A stretch of DNA of 64,000 nt, from IMG/VR virus record IMGVR_UViG_3300017728_002360, one strand, 5' to 3'. This DNA comes from a virus. This document shows, piece after piece, positions 45,720 through 57,408 of the stretch (positions within the stretch are counted from its first letter, which is position 1; the number at the start of each line of letters is the position of its first letter). The notes beneath the pieces are model-generated. The model ran no database searches. It was not told where the DNA came from and worked only from the letters and a program-made list of their open reading frames with translations. The position numbers were made by a program, and so were the translations under genes.

Positions 45720-48700
45720 TGGCACAATTTAATCTAGCACGAATAAGATATAACTGGAAAAACGTTTGGTTGCCAGGAGCAACGTATATCAAAGATGATA
45801 TTGTACGTGAAGGTGGTAACGTTTATATTTGTATGGTTGGACACATTTCCGATCAAACAAGTTTTTCAACAGATTTAAATGCAGTTCCAGGTAAGTGGTT
45901 AAAAAATGCAGAAGGTTATGCTTGGAGAGGCAACTGGGACGTAAACACAAGATTCAAAGTTGGTGACCTATTTAAATACAACGGTGTTGTATATAGAGTT
46001 TTAGAAGAACACGTTTCAGATCAATTAGCGTCAAACGGTATTAGCGAAGACTTAGGTAAATTAATTGGTTATGCAAAAACTCCTAACTGGAGAATTGATT
46101 GGACCAACTCAACACTTTACAAAGTTGATGACGTTGTTAAGTACGGTGGATTTTTATACCAATGTTTAGCAGAGCATACTTCTTCAACAACAGTTGCAGG
46201 ACTAGAACAAGACAGTGATAAATGGGATATAGTTTCAAGAAGTGATGACTGGAAATTAGACTGGACAGTATCTAGTAGATATAAGAAAGATGATATTGTA
46301 CGTTACGGTGGACTTATGTACAGATGTAACACAGGACACACATCTGCCTCGACAACTATATTAGGATTAGAACAAGATTTGGCCAAGTGGGATGTCATTT
46401 GGGAAGGTATTGTTTACAAGGGTGAATGGCAAAGTAACTTAGACTCGTCAGGTATTAGATATAGAATAGGTGACATTGTTAAGTATGGTCCAACACTATG
46501 GAAATGTAAAACATATCACAGTTCATTAACAGATTTCGACGAAGCAAAATTTGATATATGGATGCCTGGATTAGGTTATGAAGCTGTTTGGAATAATGCG
46601 GCAGTTTACCAACCAGGAGACATTGTAATATACGGAGGATACACTTATGTATCTATGACTAACAACACAGGAAGTCCTCCAAGTGTTACTGGTGTGTTCT
46701 ATGAAGGCGAAAGTTTACAAGGTTTATATGACTGGGAGTTAATGATTACCGGTTACCAAATGCAAGGTGAATGGGATTCAGGAGCAAATTATAAAACAGG
46801 TGATGTTGTTAGAAACAAAGGTTTTGTTTATATTGCTGTACAAGATAGTACTAACCAACAACCAGATGCATTAGATCCAGAGTTTAGAGGATATTACGAT
46901 CCAGGTTCAACTAGATCCACAGAAGGTGGAATTAGTATGTACTGGCAACTTCTAATTACAGGAACATATTACAGAGGAGAATGGTTTGCGGCACAGGCAT
47001 ACGTGCTTGGAGATATTGTTGTACACAAATCAACTTCTTACAAATGTATACAAGCACACGCAGGTGATGATTCAACTCTTGTTACTCCAGATCAAGATAC
47101 AACAAACAGTTACTGGATAACACTAGCACAAGGTAATCCAAACAACGTAACACAATACAGAGGTGATTTAAGAACACACGATGGTACCAACCATGATAAA
47201 TTATCTATTGGAAGTCCAGGACAAGCATTAAAAGTTGTTAGTGGAGTACCAGCTTGGGAACGACTAGGTGAAGTTAACAAGGTTTACTATGTTGCAACAA
47301 ACGGTAAAGATGATACAGGATTTGGTTTAACAATTTCGGCTCCATTTGCTTCAGTAAAATATGCTACACAATATATTTTACAAGATGAGGCCAACAGAGC
47401 TCCAGCTACAATTTTTGTAGCAACAGGACTTTATGAGGAAATTACTCCTATACAAGTTCCGGCAGGTGTTGCTATTGTTGGAGATGAATTAAGAAGTACA
47501 ACTATACAACCTCAAGTAGGTTACGAAACTAACGATATGTTTAGAGTTAGAAATGGTTGTGGAATAAGAAACATGACACTACAAGGTATGAGTGGTGTAC
47601 TAGGAAGTGTAGACAACTATGGTGCACAGGTTCCTAACACAGGTGCTTACGTGGCACTTGATCCAGGATCAGGACCAGCAGACACTAGTGTATGGATTAC
47701 AAACAAATCAACTTATGTACAAAACGTTACAACAATAGGTACAGCCTGTATAGGAATGAAAGTTGATGGTGCGTTACACAACGGTGGTAATAAATCAATC
47801 GTAGCCAACGACTTTACACAGGTAATAAGTGACGGTATTGGTATGTGGTGTAATGCAGATGGTAAATCAGAGCTTGTATCTGTGTTTACATATTTTGCAC
47901 ACATAGGTTATTATTGTACAGCAGGTGGTAAGATACGTGCTACTAACGGTAACAACTCATATGGAAAATACGGATCATTTGCAGAAGGTGAATTTTCAGG
48001 AGAAACACCTATTACTGCTACACTTAATAACAAATACTATGATGCAGAAGCACCAGTTGTTTATAACAACGCAAACCAAATCTTTGGATTAGGATTTACA
48101 CACGCAGGTGAGCACTATGATGATGCTACATTTACAATTACTGGTTCAGGATCAGGTGTAGATGTTGATAACGATTTTATTGAACAACGTAACGCAAGTA
48201 TTTCTCAAATAAGAATGATGGATCCAGGTGATTCAAGTTTACCAGGTGGTAGAGGACACGTAACAGGTGTAAGAAACTCTGGACAAGGCGGATCAAACTT
48301 AGATATTACTATTGCAAACTCAGACGCAGAAACAAGTGCGGCAAAATATGTAGGTAGAGCTATACTTACAGTAAACAATGTTTCAGGAGCAGATGCAACT
48401 AGAGTAGGTAACCCTTTAGATGCACCTTACACTTATACAAACGTTCCGGGTACATCAAACAATCCATTTGCAAATGTTTCATTAATGAGATTTACTATTG
48501 TTGTTGATTCTGGCGGTACTTGTACAGTTACAGCAACCAACGGTGGAGACAGTTTTAGAGTTGGTGACATAATTACAGTTGCTGACCTAGACATTGGTAA
48601 CTTTGGTGGAGTACCATTAACATTTGATGTTGCTACTATTAGTAAGTCAATGCAGATCTTTATTGAAGAAGGTAAAGGTGTTGGCCAGTATGGAATTATA

Positions 48701-51040
48701 GATGAATATTTCCCTGGTACTAAAAGATTAAATGTTATTAGAGCGTCAGATGGAAAACGTGGTTGGGACCATGTTGTTCCGGGTTGGCCAATTGAAACAA
48801 GTTTAGACGGTTCAACAACTTATAGAATTGAACCAAGAATTATAGCTGAAGATCCAACTTATCTTGCACAGGCAAATAACACAAACAACACAAATGTTTG
48901 GCAACCAGTTGCAGGTGGTACAGGAAGTACAATGGTAGCATTTCCAGGTAGTGGAACAGACCTTGCACTATACAGTGACGCAGGTGGATCAAGTTGGTCA
49001 GCGGCGGCAGTTGATGCAGGATTTGTAAGACCGACTTGTATGGTAAAATGTAAAGGTAAATTAAAATACTTTATTGCACTAGGTAATGGAGACAGAGCTA
49101 ACTTGTCAACAGCAGGTACAGCCTGGGGATCACAACCATATCCAATTACACAACGTAACTGGGTAGACATAGCTGAAGGACCATTTAGTGACACATCACA
49201 TACAGTAATTGCAATAGCAGATGACTCAGATGAATTAGCTGTATCAACAACAGACGGAACTACTTGGACTTATGTAACTTCAGGTATGGGAACAGGATTA
49301 AAACATATTAAATATGGTAATGGTAAGTGGATGGCTGTTAAGGCAGATGGTTCAACTTATGAAAGTATTGACAACGGATTAAACTGGCAATCAACAACAA
49401 GAGTTTGTCCAACAACTTATAATGTAACAGACTTTGCATATGGTAATGGAGTATTTGTAGCGGCAGTACAACCAAACGGAACAGCGGCATTTCCATTTAA
49501 CCCTGCAATTCCATCAACAATGATTAGTGATGGAAGTTCGGCAACAACAGCAACGTTTGGTCAACCATCAACGTTCTTTGTTAGCTTTACAAATTATTCA
49601 GAAGGTACTAATAATGCAACTTGGAGAGGTGTAGAAAGTTCTGGTATCATAAACGAACTAGCATGGGGCTTAGACTACAGCGATGGATTGTTTATGGCCG
49701 TAGACACCGCAGGTAACATTAGAAGTTCAGACGGTGGCGATGTTTGGGTAACACACTCACAGATTACTCCACCAGCAGGAACATTCAGAGCTAAAGTAAA
49801 TCCAATGACAGGTGGTGATGGACCTAGATTCTTAGTAATTGACACAGGTTCAACGGCAACTGTTAATTCAATCAAGTATGGTAGAAGAGCTCAAATGAGA
49901 GTAACTACTGACACAGGTAGAATTACACAATTTGTTATGCACGAAACAGGAAGTGGATATGACAATGCTAGTCCACCTACAATAGAAATTGTTGATACAC
50001 AAAAAACTCAAGAAGCTACTATACAAGTTAGAATTAAAGATAAAGTATTAGGACAACCGGCATTTAAAAACAGAGGTGCGGCTTACACTAAATTTAACGC
50101 AGTAACAATTACTGGTAATGGTTATATTGACAAGTATCAAACAGGTGGTGAAATAATTGTTGACGACTTAACATTGTTACCAAGCCCAGGTGATAACTTA
50201 AGATTCCCAAGTATTACAGATATCATTTACAAGATTGGTACAGCAACAACTATATCAGGAACTGCTCCAAACATAAGAGCAAAATTAAGTATTGCTCCAA
50301 CAATGGGTATTCAAGAATCGCCAGAACATAACGAAGCGATTACTATTAGACAAAATTATAGTCAGGTTAGATTAACAGGACATGACTTCCTAGACATTGG
50401 TACAGGTAGTACCTTAACTACTAACTATCCACAGCTTTACACACAAGGATATGGATCAGTTAACCCACCAGAACAACCTTGGGAAACACAAGAATACAAT
50501 GGTGGTAGAGTTTTCTATGCAAGTACAGACCAAGATGGTAACTTTAGAGTTGGTGAACTATTTAAAGTTGAGCAGTCAACAGGTATTGTTACAATTAATG
50601 CTTCACAGTTTGATCTAGCAGGACTAGATGAATTAAGATTGGGTGCATTTATACTTGGTGGTACAAACGCAGTTATTAAAGAGTTCTCAAAAGAGCAAAC
50701 ATTTGTTGCTAATAGTAACAGTATTGTTCCAACACAGAAAGCTGTGGCGGCATACATACAATCAAGAATAAGCGGTGGTGGAGCAAACGTTTCAGCAAAC
50801 GCATTAACGGCTGGAACTTGTAAGTTTAGTCAAATTAACCACTTATCAAATACTGGTGGATTACCAATTAATATTCCGGTGCCCGTAAATAGCTCACATA
50901 TTCCAGGTGGAACTATGGTTGCAACTGCATTCAATAACATGAACGCGGATAATGCCATGTTGATGGAATTTGCAGATGACTTTGAGGGGTCAGATGGATA
51001 CTATAACGACGGTGGAAACGGATACGGTGGTACTCAATAA
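45719..51040 (+). CDS. Giant fibre/appendage protein 1 (1773 aa): carbohydrate-binding-like repeats, beta-helix and propeller-like region
   Basis: About 9 W..Y..GD.V.YGG..Y.C...H.S repeats, YYVATNG.D...VAIVGDELRST pectin-lyase-like region, S.DG..W BNR-like repeats, and a C-terminus shared with 51074. Confidence 0.75.
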   Translation: MAQFNLARIRYNWKNVWLPGATYIKDDIVREGGNVYICMVGHISDQTSFSTDLNAVPGKWLKNAEGYAWRGNWDVNTRFKVGDLFKYNGVVYRVLEEHVSDQLASNGISEDLGKLIGYAKTPNWRIDWTNSTLYKVDDVVKYGGFLYQCLAEHTSSTTVAGLEQDSDKWDIVSRSDDWKLDWTVSSRYKKDDIVRYGGLMYRCNTGHTSASTTILGLEQDLAKWDVIWEGIVYKGEWQSNLDSSGIRYRIGDIVKYGPTLWKCKTYHSSLTDFDEAKFDIWMPGLGYEAVWNNAAVYQPGDIVIYGGYTYVSMTNNTGSPPSVTGVFYEGESLQGLYDWELMITGYQMQGEWDSGANYKTGDVVRNKGFVYIAVQDSTNQQPDALDPEFRGYYDPGSTRSTEGGISMYWQLLITGTYYRGEWFAAQAYVLGDIVVHKSTSYKCIQAHAGDDSTLVTPDQDTTNSYWITLAQGNPNNVTQYRGDLRTHDGTNHDKLSIGSPGQALKVVSGVPAWERLGEVNKVYYVATNGKDDTGFGLTISAPFASVKYATQYILQDEANRAPATIFVATGLYEEITPIQVPAGVAIVGDELRSTTIQPQVGYETNDMFRVRNGCGIRNMTLQGMSGVLGSVDNYGAQVPNTGAYVALDPGSGPADTSVWITNKSTYVQNVTTIGTACIGMKVDGALHNGGNKSIVANDFTQVISDGIGMWCNADGKSELVSVFTYFAHIGYYCTAGGKIRATNGNNSYGKYGSFAEGEFSGETPITATLNNKYYDAEAPVVYNNANQIFGLGFTHAGEHYDDATFTITGSGSGVDVDNDFIEQRNASISQIRMMDPGDSSLPGGRGHVTGVRNSGQGGSNLDITIANSDAETSAAKYVGRAILTVNNVSGADATRVGNPLDAPYTYTNVPGTSNNPFANVSLMRFTIVVDSGGTCTVTATNGGDSFRVGDIITVADLDIGNFGGVPLTFDVATISKSMQIFIEEGKGVGQYGIIDEYFPGTKRLNVIRASDGKRGWDHVVPGWPIETSLDGSTTYRIEPRIIAEDPTYLAQANNTNNTNVWQPVAGGTGSTMVAFPGSGTDLALYSDAGGSSWSAAAVDAGFVRPTCMVKCKGKLKYFIALGNGDRANLSTAGTAWGSQPYPITQRNWVDIAEGPFSDTSHTVIAIADDSDELAVSTTDGTTWTYVTSGMGTGLKHIKYGNGKWMAVKADGSTYESIDNGLNWQSTTRVCPTTYNVTDFAYGNGVFVAAVQPNGTAAFPFNPAIPSTMISDGSSATTATFGQPSTFFVSFTNYSEGTNNATWRGVESSGIINELAWGLDYSDGLFMAVDTAGNIRSSDGGDVWVTHSQITPPAGTFRAKVNPMTGGDGPRFLVIDTGSTATVNSIKYGRRAQMRVTTDTGRITQFVMHETGSGYDNASPPTIEIVDTQKTQEATIQVRIKDKVLGQPAFKNRGAAYTKFNAVTITGNGYIDKYQTGGEIIVDDLTLLPSPGDNLRFPSITDIIYKIGTATTISGTAPNIRAKLSIAPTMGIQESPEHNEAITIRQNYSQVRLTGHDFLDIGTGSTLTTNYPQLYTQGYGSVNPPEQPWETQEYNGGRVFYASTDQDGNFRVGELFKVEQSTGIVTINASQFDLAGLDELRLGAFILGGTNAVIKEFSKEQTFVANSNSIVPTQKAVAAYIQSRISGGGANVSANALTAGTCKFSQINHLSNTGGLPINIPVPVNSSHIPGGTMVATAFNNMNADNAMLMEFADDFEGSDGYYNDGGNGYGGTQ

Positions 51041-51073
51041 TGATAAATAACAGTAATAAGGATTTAAAACACA

Positions 51074-54000
51074 ATGGCTGAGTTTAAACTAGGTAGAATT
51101 AGGTTTGTATGGAAGGGTGCATGGGCATCAGGTACCACATATTACAAAGACGATATCGTAAGACACGGCGGTAGAACTTACTACTGTGCCGTTGGTCATA
51201 CTTCAACTACATTATTCACAACAGACGAAGCTACAAAATGGAACTTATTCAGTGATGGTCAATCATGGCAAGGTGACTGGGTAGCAGGAACTTACTACAA
51301 ACAGAACGACATTGTTAAGTATGGTGGTTATCTATATGTTGCCAACACGGCTCACACAGCAGAAGTTGATGGTGGAACGGCTGGTAAACTAGAAACTGAT
51401 CAGGCTAAATGGGATTTATTTGCAGAAGGCTTTGATTGGAAAAACGTTTGGACAGTTGCAACAACTTATAAAATAAATGACCTAGTAAAATATGGTGGAA
51501 CAGTTTACCTTTGTACAACTCCACACACTTCATCAGGTACATTTGCCACAGACATAGATGGATTAGAAGCAGATCAAGCCAAGTGGGACACATTTTCAAA
51601 AGGTATTGACTGGAAAACAGACTGGATAGTATCTACAAAATACAGAATCAACGACACAGTACGTTACGGTGGACAACTTTACATTTGTAACGAAGGTCAC
51701 TTATCAGCGGCAACAACCGCAGAAGGACTTGAAGTTGATCAATACAAATGGGATTACGCACACAAAGGTATTGAATACAAATCAGTACACGCAACAGCAA
51801 CAAGATATAAAGTTAATGACGTTGTTAAGTATGGTGGCGGACTTTGGATTGCAACAAGACATCACACTTCCGGTGGAACAGATTTAGCAAGTGACAATGC
51901 AGTAACTGGCGTTGTTGCAACAGTAGGATCAATTAGTGCCGCTGATGCAACTAGAACAGCAGGAACATATAAAGACATACAAGGTTCAAGCAGTGGATCA
52001 GGTACAGGACAAAGATTTAATATTACCATTGATGGTACAGGTGCGGCAACTGTTACAGTAACATTTGGCGGATCAGGACACTCAGCTTCAGATACAATTA
52101 CAGTAACAAACGGGTTCATTGGAGGCACAGGTGCTTCTTTAACTTTTAATGTTGCAACAATTACACAAACAACTAACTGGTCACAATTTGTTCCAGGATT
52201 AGAGTTTGAAGATTCTTGGGCAAGTTCAACAACTTACCAAGCAGGTGACTTTGTAACATACGGTGGTTACTCTTATATTGCAAAAACAAATCACAGTAAC
52301 GTTGTTCCATATGGTAACGCATCAACTTGGGATTTATTTACAACAGGATTTAGTTTAAAAGGTGACTACGCAACTGCAACAGCGGCAGTTAACGGTACAA
52401 CTTCAAGTTCAACTGCATTAGTAGTTGACGGTAACGTTGGTACTATTGCACAAGGCATGGTAGTAACTGGAACAGGTATTTCAGGTGTAGTTACAGTAAC
52501 AACAGTTACAGATCAAAATAATTTAGTATTAAGTTCAGCACAGAGTTTAACTAACGATGTTGCTTTATCTTTCAACACATCATACAGAACAGGTGATGTT
52601 GTTAGAGTTGGTGGTTACACATATCTTGCAATAGCAGATACAACAGGTAACAGACCACCAAACGCAAGTTACTGGGAAAAACTTAACGAAGGTATTAACT
52701 GGAGAGACAGTTGGACTAACGCAACTTACTATGACGTAGGTGATGCTGTTAGAGGTATTAACAACGTTAACTCTTATATTTGTGTAACTGCACATACATC
52801 AGATCAAACTTCTGCACAGAACAGACCAGATCAAGATGTTGACGGTAGTGAATGGAAATTAATTTCAGGTGGTGCTGAGTCAGGCAACTTAACAACTGCT
52901 GGTGACTTATTGTACTACGGTGGATCAGGACCAGCTAGATTACCAGTAGGTATTGCAGGACAGGTATTAAAAGTAAATGACGCCGGGAATGCTCCGGAAT
53001 GGTCATATTTTGGACAAGTAGATCAAGTTTATTATGTAAGTCCAGCAGGTAAAGATGAAGCGGCACCAGGATATGGTGTTACTATTGACAAACCTTGGAA
53101 AACATTAAGACATAGTTTACGTGAAATTAAACGTGGACCAAGAAATCCAATTCTAGCAGATATTTTAACAAGAAACAAACACTTTATCCAAGTTGAAGCA
53201 GGTAAAGAATATCCAGCTTACCAAATTGCAAATGCAGGTGGTAGTGGTATTTGGAACGGCTTTACTTTTGACAATGCAAAATGTCAAAGAGATATGGGAT
53301 TAATCACTGACGCAATCATACATGATTTAAGACATGGTGGTAATGAGCGTTCAAGAGAGATGGCACAGGCATACTTTAGCACAGGTGGTGCTTCATATGT
53401 TGCAGGACAAGAAGCAAATACAGTAGAAGTTATTAATTACGCAAATACAATGATGCAAAGAATTGCACAGAACTTAACTGTTACAACAAATTACCAAGCA
53501 TTAAACGGTATTGCCGTAAACGCAAGAGTATTACAATATACTTCAGCTCTATCACCAGAGACTGGAAATACAACAATAATTGCGGCCTTACTTGCTACTA
53601 TTACAGAAGTTATTACAGCAGGAAACTTAACAGGATTAAATCCTAAAGTAAAACCAAACACAACATTATTTGTTAAAACAGGAAAATTTACAGAAGTACT
53701 TCCGTTGATTGTACCGGCAGATACAGCAGTTGTTGGTGACGAACTACGTTCAACAGAGATTGGTGTATACCCAACAGGTATAACAGGAACAAATGATGCT
53801 ACACTTTCAATGGCGGCTTTAACTAGAATCAAAGCTGTTATGAGTGATTTAATTTTAGGTAACGCAATTACAAAAACACCAGCAGGTGCAATGGTTAAAG
53901 TTGATACTTTTAGTGCCGCTGACGCAAGTAGAACACAAGGTAGCTACACAGGTGTTGCAGGAGCAAGTGCAGGATCAGGAACAGTTGGTACGTTTGACGT

Positions 54001-57000
54001 AACTGTTGATGCAAATGGTGCCGTAACAGCAGTAACAGTTGTTACTGGTGGATCAGGACACGTACTTAACGATACAATTACAATTAACGACTCAGTACTA
54101 GGTGGCGGAGGCGGAGCAAACTTTACTTGTGACGTTTCAGAGATTGCCGCAGGTAATACACAAACACAAAATGATGCTTTACCAGATGGTGATGCAACAG
54201 CAGTAACTACTATGACTGGTTTAATTGATGATATCACTAACAAAATTAACTTTGGTGTAAACGGTGTAGGTTCAGACATTGTTGTAACAGGACAAACTAC
54301 AACGAATGCTAGAGCAGGCGATGTTTATGCTAGAGGTACTTTGTATGCTAACTTAGACTTTATCATTGAAGAAGGTCAAGAATATATTAAAGCAAACAAT
54401 ACAAAAATGTACATGGAGAAAGAAGCAACATATGGTTCTACTCACGGTGCAAAATGTAAAGACGATTTAAAACGTTACATAGAAGCTATATTAGATGATG
54501 TAAGAGATTACGGAAACTACAATTCAGTATTAGCGGCAAGATATCTAGTAAATGCGATCCAAGGATCTAATTTAGAAGATATGTTCTACATGGAAAACGG
54601 TACTGGTTTAAGAAACTGTACTGTTAAAGGATTATCAGGAACATTAGGTAGTGCAAACGCATATGGATCTAAACGTCCAACAGCAGGTGCTTTTGTTTCA
54701 CTTAACCCAAGTTGGGGACCAGCAGATACAAGAGCTTGGATATCAACACGTTCACCATACGTACAAAACGTAACAACTTTTGGTACAAAATGTGTTGGAA
54801 TGAAAGTTGATGGAGATATACACGCAGGTGGTAACGATTCGATCGTTGCTAACGACTTTACACAGATCTTAGATCAAGGTATTGGTGCTTGGGTAACTAA
54901 CTTAGGTAGAGCAGAGCTTGTTTCCGTGTTCTCATACTACGGACACATTGGATACCTAGCAGAAAACGGCGGAAAAATTAGAGGAACCAACGGTAACAGT
55001 TCATATGGTGACTTTGGTTGTGTTGCAGAAGGTGTTGATTTAACAGAATCACCAATTGAAGCATTTGTTGATAACAGATCATTTGATGCACTTGTAGGTG
55101 CAACTATAACTGATAACAATAATATCATTGCAATAGAATATCAAAATGCAGGAAGAGATTACACACCATCCACAACAACAATTAGTTTCAGTGGTGACGG
55201 TTATGGTATAACAGGATTAACTCCTGTTGTAGTAACAGGTGGTTTAATGGAAGTTAGAATGACAGGTGACGCTACAACATTTGGTGGCGCTGATTACAAA
55301 ACTGCAACTAACACTCCACAGGCAGGTACCGCAACAGAAATTACTTTATCCAACACTGACGTGGCGTTAAGTGCGGCGTATGTTGGAATGGCAGTATTCA
55401 TTACAGGTGGTAAAGGTGCTGGACAGTATGGTTATGTTAACACATACAACGCAGGTACTAAAGTTGCTACAATTAAAAAATATTCAGACAACAGTGATGG
55501 TTGGGAACAAATTGTAAGTGGTAGAGCTATTGAAGCCGCGTTAGACAACACAACAGTTTATAGTGTTGAGCCAAGAGTTGTTGTACAGGCTCCAGGAAAT
55601 GATGGATCAACAGCAACATCAACTGCATTATGTAGAGCCAAAGTTGCAGATGGAAAAATTAGTGAAGTAAGAATTATCCACCCAGGAAGTTCTTATACAA
55701 CTGCACCAACAGTAACATTTACAGATCCTAACAATACAGCAGATGCTCCATTAGAAACATTTGTTGGTGATGGTGTATTAGCACAACCGGCATTTACTTC
55801 AAGAGGTACAGGTTGGACAACTTTAAGTGCAACTATTGAAGATGTAGGTCAAGAAAAAGATATCACAGGTGTTACCTTTACTGCTAATCCTTATGCAGAA
55901 ATATTATTAACTGCAAACAAAGAATATATTGCAGATGAAACAGTGGCTTGGATTAACAATAAGATTGCTACAGAACCAAACTCAACTACTTGGGGTGGAT
56001 TTATTTACGATTCAGTTAAGTGTGAAAGAGATACTAAACTAATCATTGACGCTATGTTACATGATATTAAGTTTGGTGGAACTAGAGAAACACTTAAGGC
56101 GGCTAAGGCTTACTGGATTGGTACACAATCACAAGTAACTGGACAACAAACACAAACAGTATTATCATTGTTACAAGCAAAAGTAATTATTAATGATTAC
56201 GTAATGGATAATGCGGCTTACACTTCTTTACAGTCAGTAACTTCACAAACTACAAACAGTAACAATGGTGAAGCGGCGGCACAAACTAAAGTTGCAGAAT
56301 TGTTTGCACTTATAACTGAAGTAATTAATAACGGTTTAGGTGCGGCAGATAGTTTCCCAGCAGGACCTGGTGTGGTTAACTTAACAGTTGCAACACATAA
56401 CTTGTTAGACAGAACAAAAATTTCAATTAAAGAAGTTGGTGGTACAACACAGATTAATGCAAACAACTATTATGTAAAAGTTATTGATGCAAATACTTTA
56501 CAACTTTATATTGATAAAGATTTATTATTCCCAGCAGTACTTACAACTGGAACAGCTTATAGTTCAGGTGGTAAGATTACATTTGGTGCTGGTTACAGAG
56601 ATGCAAAACAATCTGGAAAATATGTACAGGTTGAAGGTATGTTAGCCATACCACAAGCGGGTGCTAACGTAGTACTTGCTGATCAGCCAAACATATTCTT
56701 TAAACTTGTTAGTGTTACGAACTTGACAGGGTCAGGACCATACGCGGCACTATTACAAATTTCACCAGATCAAGAAATTGACAATGCACCAGCACATGGT
56801 GTAAAAGTTGAGATGAGAATTAGATATTCACAGGTACGTTTGACAGGACATGACTTCCTAGATATTGGTACAGGTGGATTTACTACAACAAATTATCCTG
56901 GAACACCAACTATACCATCAGATCCATTAGATGAAGCAGTTACTGGTGGAGGCGGAAGAGTATTCTTTACGTCAACTGACCAAGATGGTAACTTTAGAGT

Positions 57001-57394
57001 TGGTGGATTGTTCAACGTTGAACAGGCAACTGGTATTGCTACCCTAAATGCTGATGCATTTAGTATTTCAGGATTACAAGAACTACAGCTTGGTAGTGTT
57101 GCATTAGGTGGAACAGGTGCTACAATTAACGAGTTTAGTACAGATGGAACATTTACAGCAAATAGTGATAGCATTGTGCCAACACAGAAGGCAATTAAGA
57201 CATATATTACCTCCCAAATTGGTGGCGGTGCTTCAGAATTGAACGTAAATACAGTTACAGCTGGTGTAGTACATATTAGCGGAAACACGATTACAACAAC
57301 GACGGCGGTTCCGATAAATATAACTGCAACAATGAACTTTACTGGTGGTATTAGTGGATCACCGGTAGCGATGCAACAATTTATATTGAGTTAA
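51074..57394 (+). CDS. Giant fibre/appendage protein 2 (2106 aa), paralog of 45719
   Basis: Same N-terminus (MAEFKLGRIRFVWKG), repeats, beta-helix and SQVRLTGHDFLDIGTG...STDQDGNFRVG C-terminus, plus three helical C-x-R/D-D insertions. Confidence 0.75.
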   Translation: MAEFKLGRIRFVWKGAWASGTTYYKDDIVRHGGRTYYCAVGHTSTTLFTTDEATKWNLFSDGQSWQGDWVAGTYYKQNDIVKYGGYLYVANTAHTAEVDGGTAGKLETDQAKWDLFAEGFDWKNVWTVATTYKINDLVKYGGTVYLCTTPHTSSGTFATDIDGLEADQAKWDTFSKGIDWKTDWIVSTKYRINDTVRYGGQLYICNEGHLSAATTAEGLEVDQYKWDYAHKGIEYKSVHATATRYKVNDVVKYGGGLWIATRHHTSGGTDLASDNAVTGVVATVGSISAADATRTAGTYKDIQGSSSGSGTGQRFNITIDGTGAATVTVTFGGSGHSASDTITVTNGFIGGTGASLTFNVATITQTTNWSQFVPGLEFEDSWASSTTYQAGDFVTYGGYSYIAKTNHSNVVPYGNASTWDLFTTGFSLKGDYATATAAVNGTTSSSTALVVDGNVGTIAQGMVVTGTGISGVVTVTTVTDQNNLVLSSAQSLTNDVALSFNTSYRTGDVVRVGGYTYLAIADTTGNRPPNASYWEKLNEGINWRDSWTNATYYDVGDAVRGINNVNSYICVTAHTSDQTSAQNRPDQDVDGSEWKLISGGAESGNLTTAGDLLYYGGSGPARLPVGIAGQVLKVNDAGNAPEWSYFGQVDQVYYVSPAGKDEAAPGYGVTIDKPWKTLRHSLREIKRGPRNPILADILTRNKHFIQVEAGKEYPAYQIANAGGSGIWNGFTFDNAKCQRDMGLITDAIIHDLRHGGNERSREMAQAYFSTGGASYVAGQEANTVEVINYANTMMQRIAQNLTVTTNYQALNGIAVNARVLQYTSALSPETGNTTIIAALLATITEVITAGNLTGLNPKVKPNTTLFVKTGKFTEVLPLIVPADTAVVGDELRSTEIGVYPTGITGTNDATLSMAALTRIKAVMSDLILGNAITKTPAGAMVKVDTFSAADASRTQGSYTGVAGASAGSGTVGTFDVTVDANGAVTAVTVVTGGSGHVLNDTITINDSVLGGGGGANFTCDVSEIAAGNTQTQNDALPDGDATAVTTMTGLIDDITNKINFGVNGVGSDIVVTGQTTTNARAGDVYARGTLYANLDFIIEEGQEYIKANNTKMYMEKEATYGSTHGAKCKDDLKRYIEAILDDVRDYGNYNSVLAARYLVNAIQGSNLEDMFYMENGTGLRNCTVKGLSGTLGSANAYGSKRPTAGAFVSLNPSWGPADTRAWISTRSPYVQNVTTFGTKCVGMKVDGDIHAGGNDSIVANDFTQILDQGIGAWVTNLGRAELVSVFSYYGHIGYLAENGGKIRGTNGNSSYGDFGCVAEGVDLTESPIEAFVDNRSFDALVGATITDNNNIIAIEYQNAGRDYTPSTTTISFSGDGYGITGLTPVVVTGGLMEVRMTGDATTFGGADYKTATNTPQAGTATEITLSNTDVALSAAYVGMAVFITGGKGAGQYGYVNTYNAGTKVATIKKYSDNSDGWEQIVSGRAIEAALDNTTVYSVEPRVVVQAPGNDGSTATSTALCRAKVADGKISEVRIIHPGSSYTTAPTVTFTDPNNTADAPLETFVGDGVLAQPAFTSRGTGWTTLSATIEDVGQEKDITGVTFTANPYAEILLTANKEYIADETVAWINNKIATEPNSTTWGGFIYDSVKCERDTKLIIDAMLHDIKFGGTRETLKAAKAYWIGTQSQVTGQQTQTVLSLLQAKVIINDYVMDNAAYTSLQSVTSQTTNSNNGEAAAQTKVAELFALITEVINNGLGAADSFPAGPGVVNLTVATHNLLDRTKISIKEVGGTTQINANNYYVKVIDANTLQLYIDKDLLFPAVLTTGTAYSSGGKITFGAGYRDAKQSGKYVQVEGMLAIPQAGANVVLADQPNIFFKLVSVTNLTGSGPYAALLQISPDQEIDNAPAHGVKVEMRIRYSQVRLTGHDFLDIGTGGFTTTNYPGTPTIPSDPLDEAVTGGGGRVFFTSTDQDGNFRVGGLFNVEQATGIATLNADAFSISGLQELQLGSVALGGTGATINEFSTDGTFTANSDSIVPTQKAIKTYITSQIGGGASELNVNTVTAGVVHISGNTITTTTAVPINITATMNFTGGISGSPVAMQQFILS

Positions 57395-57408
57395 AAGGAG
57401 ACTAAATT

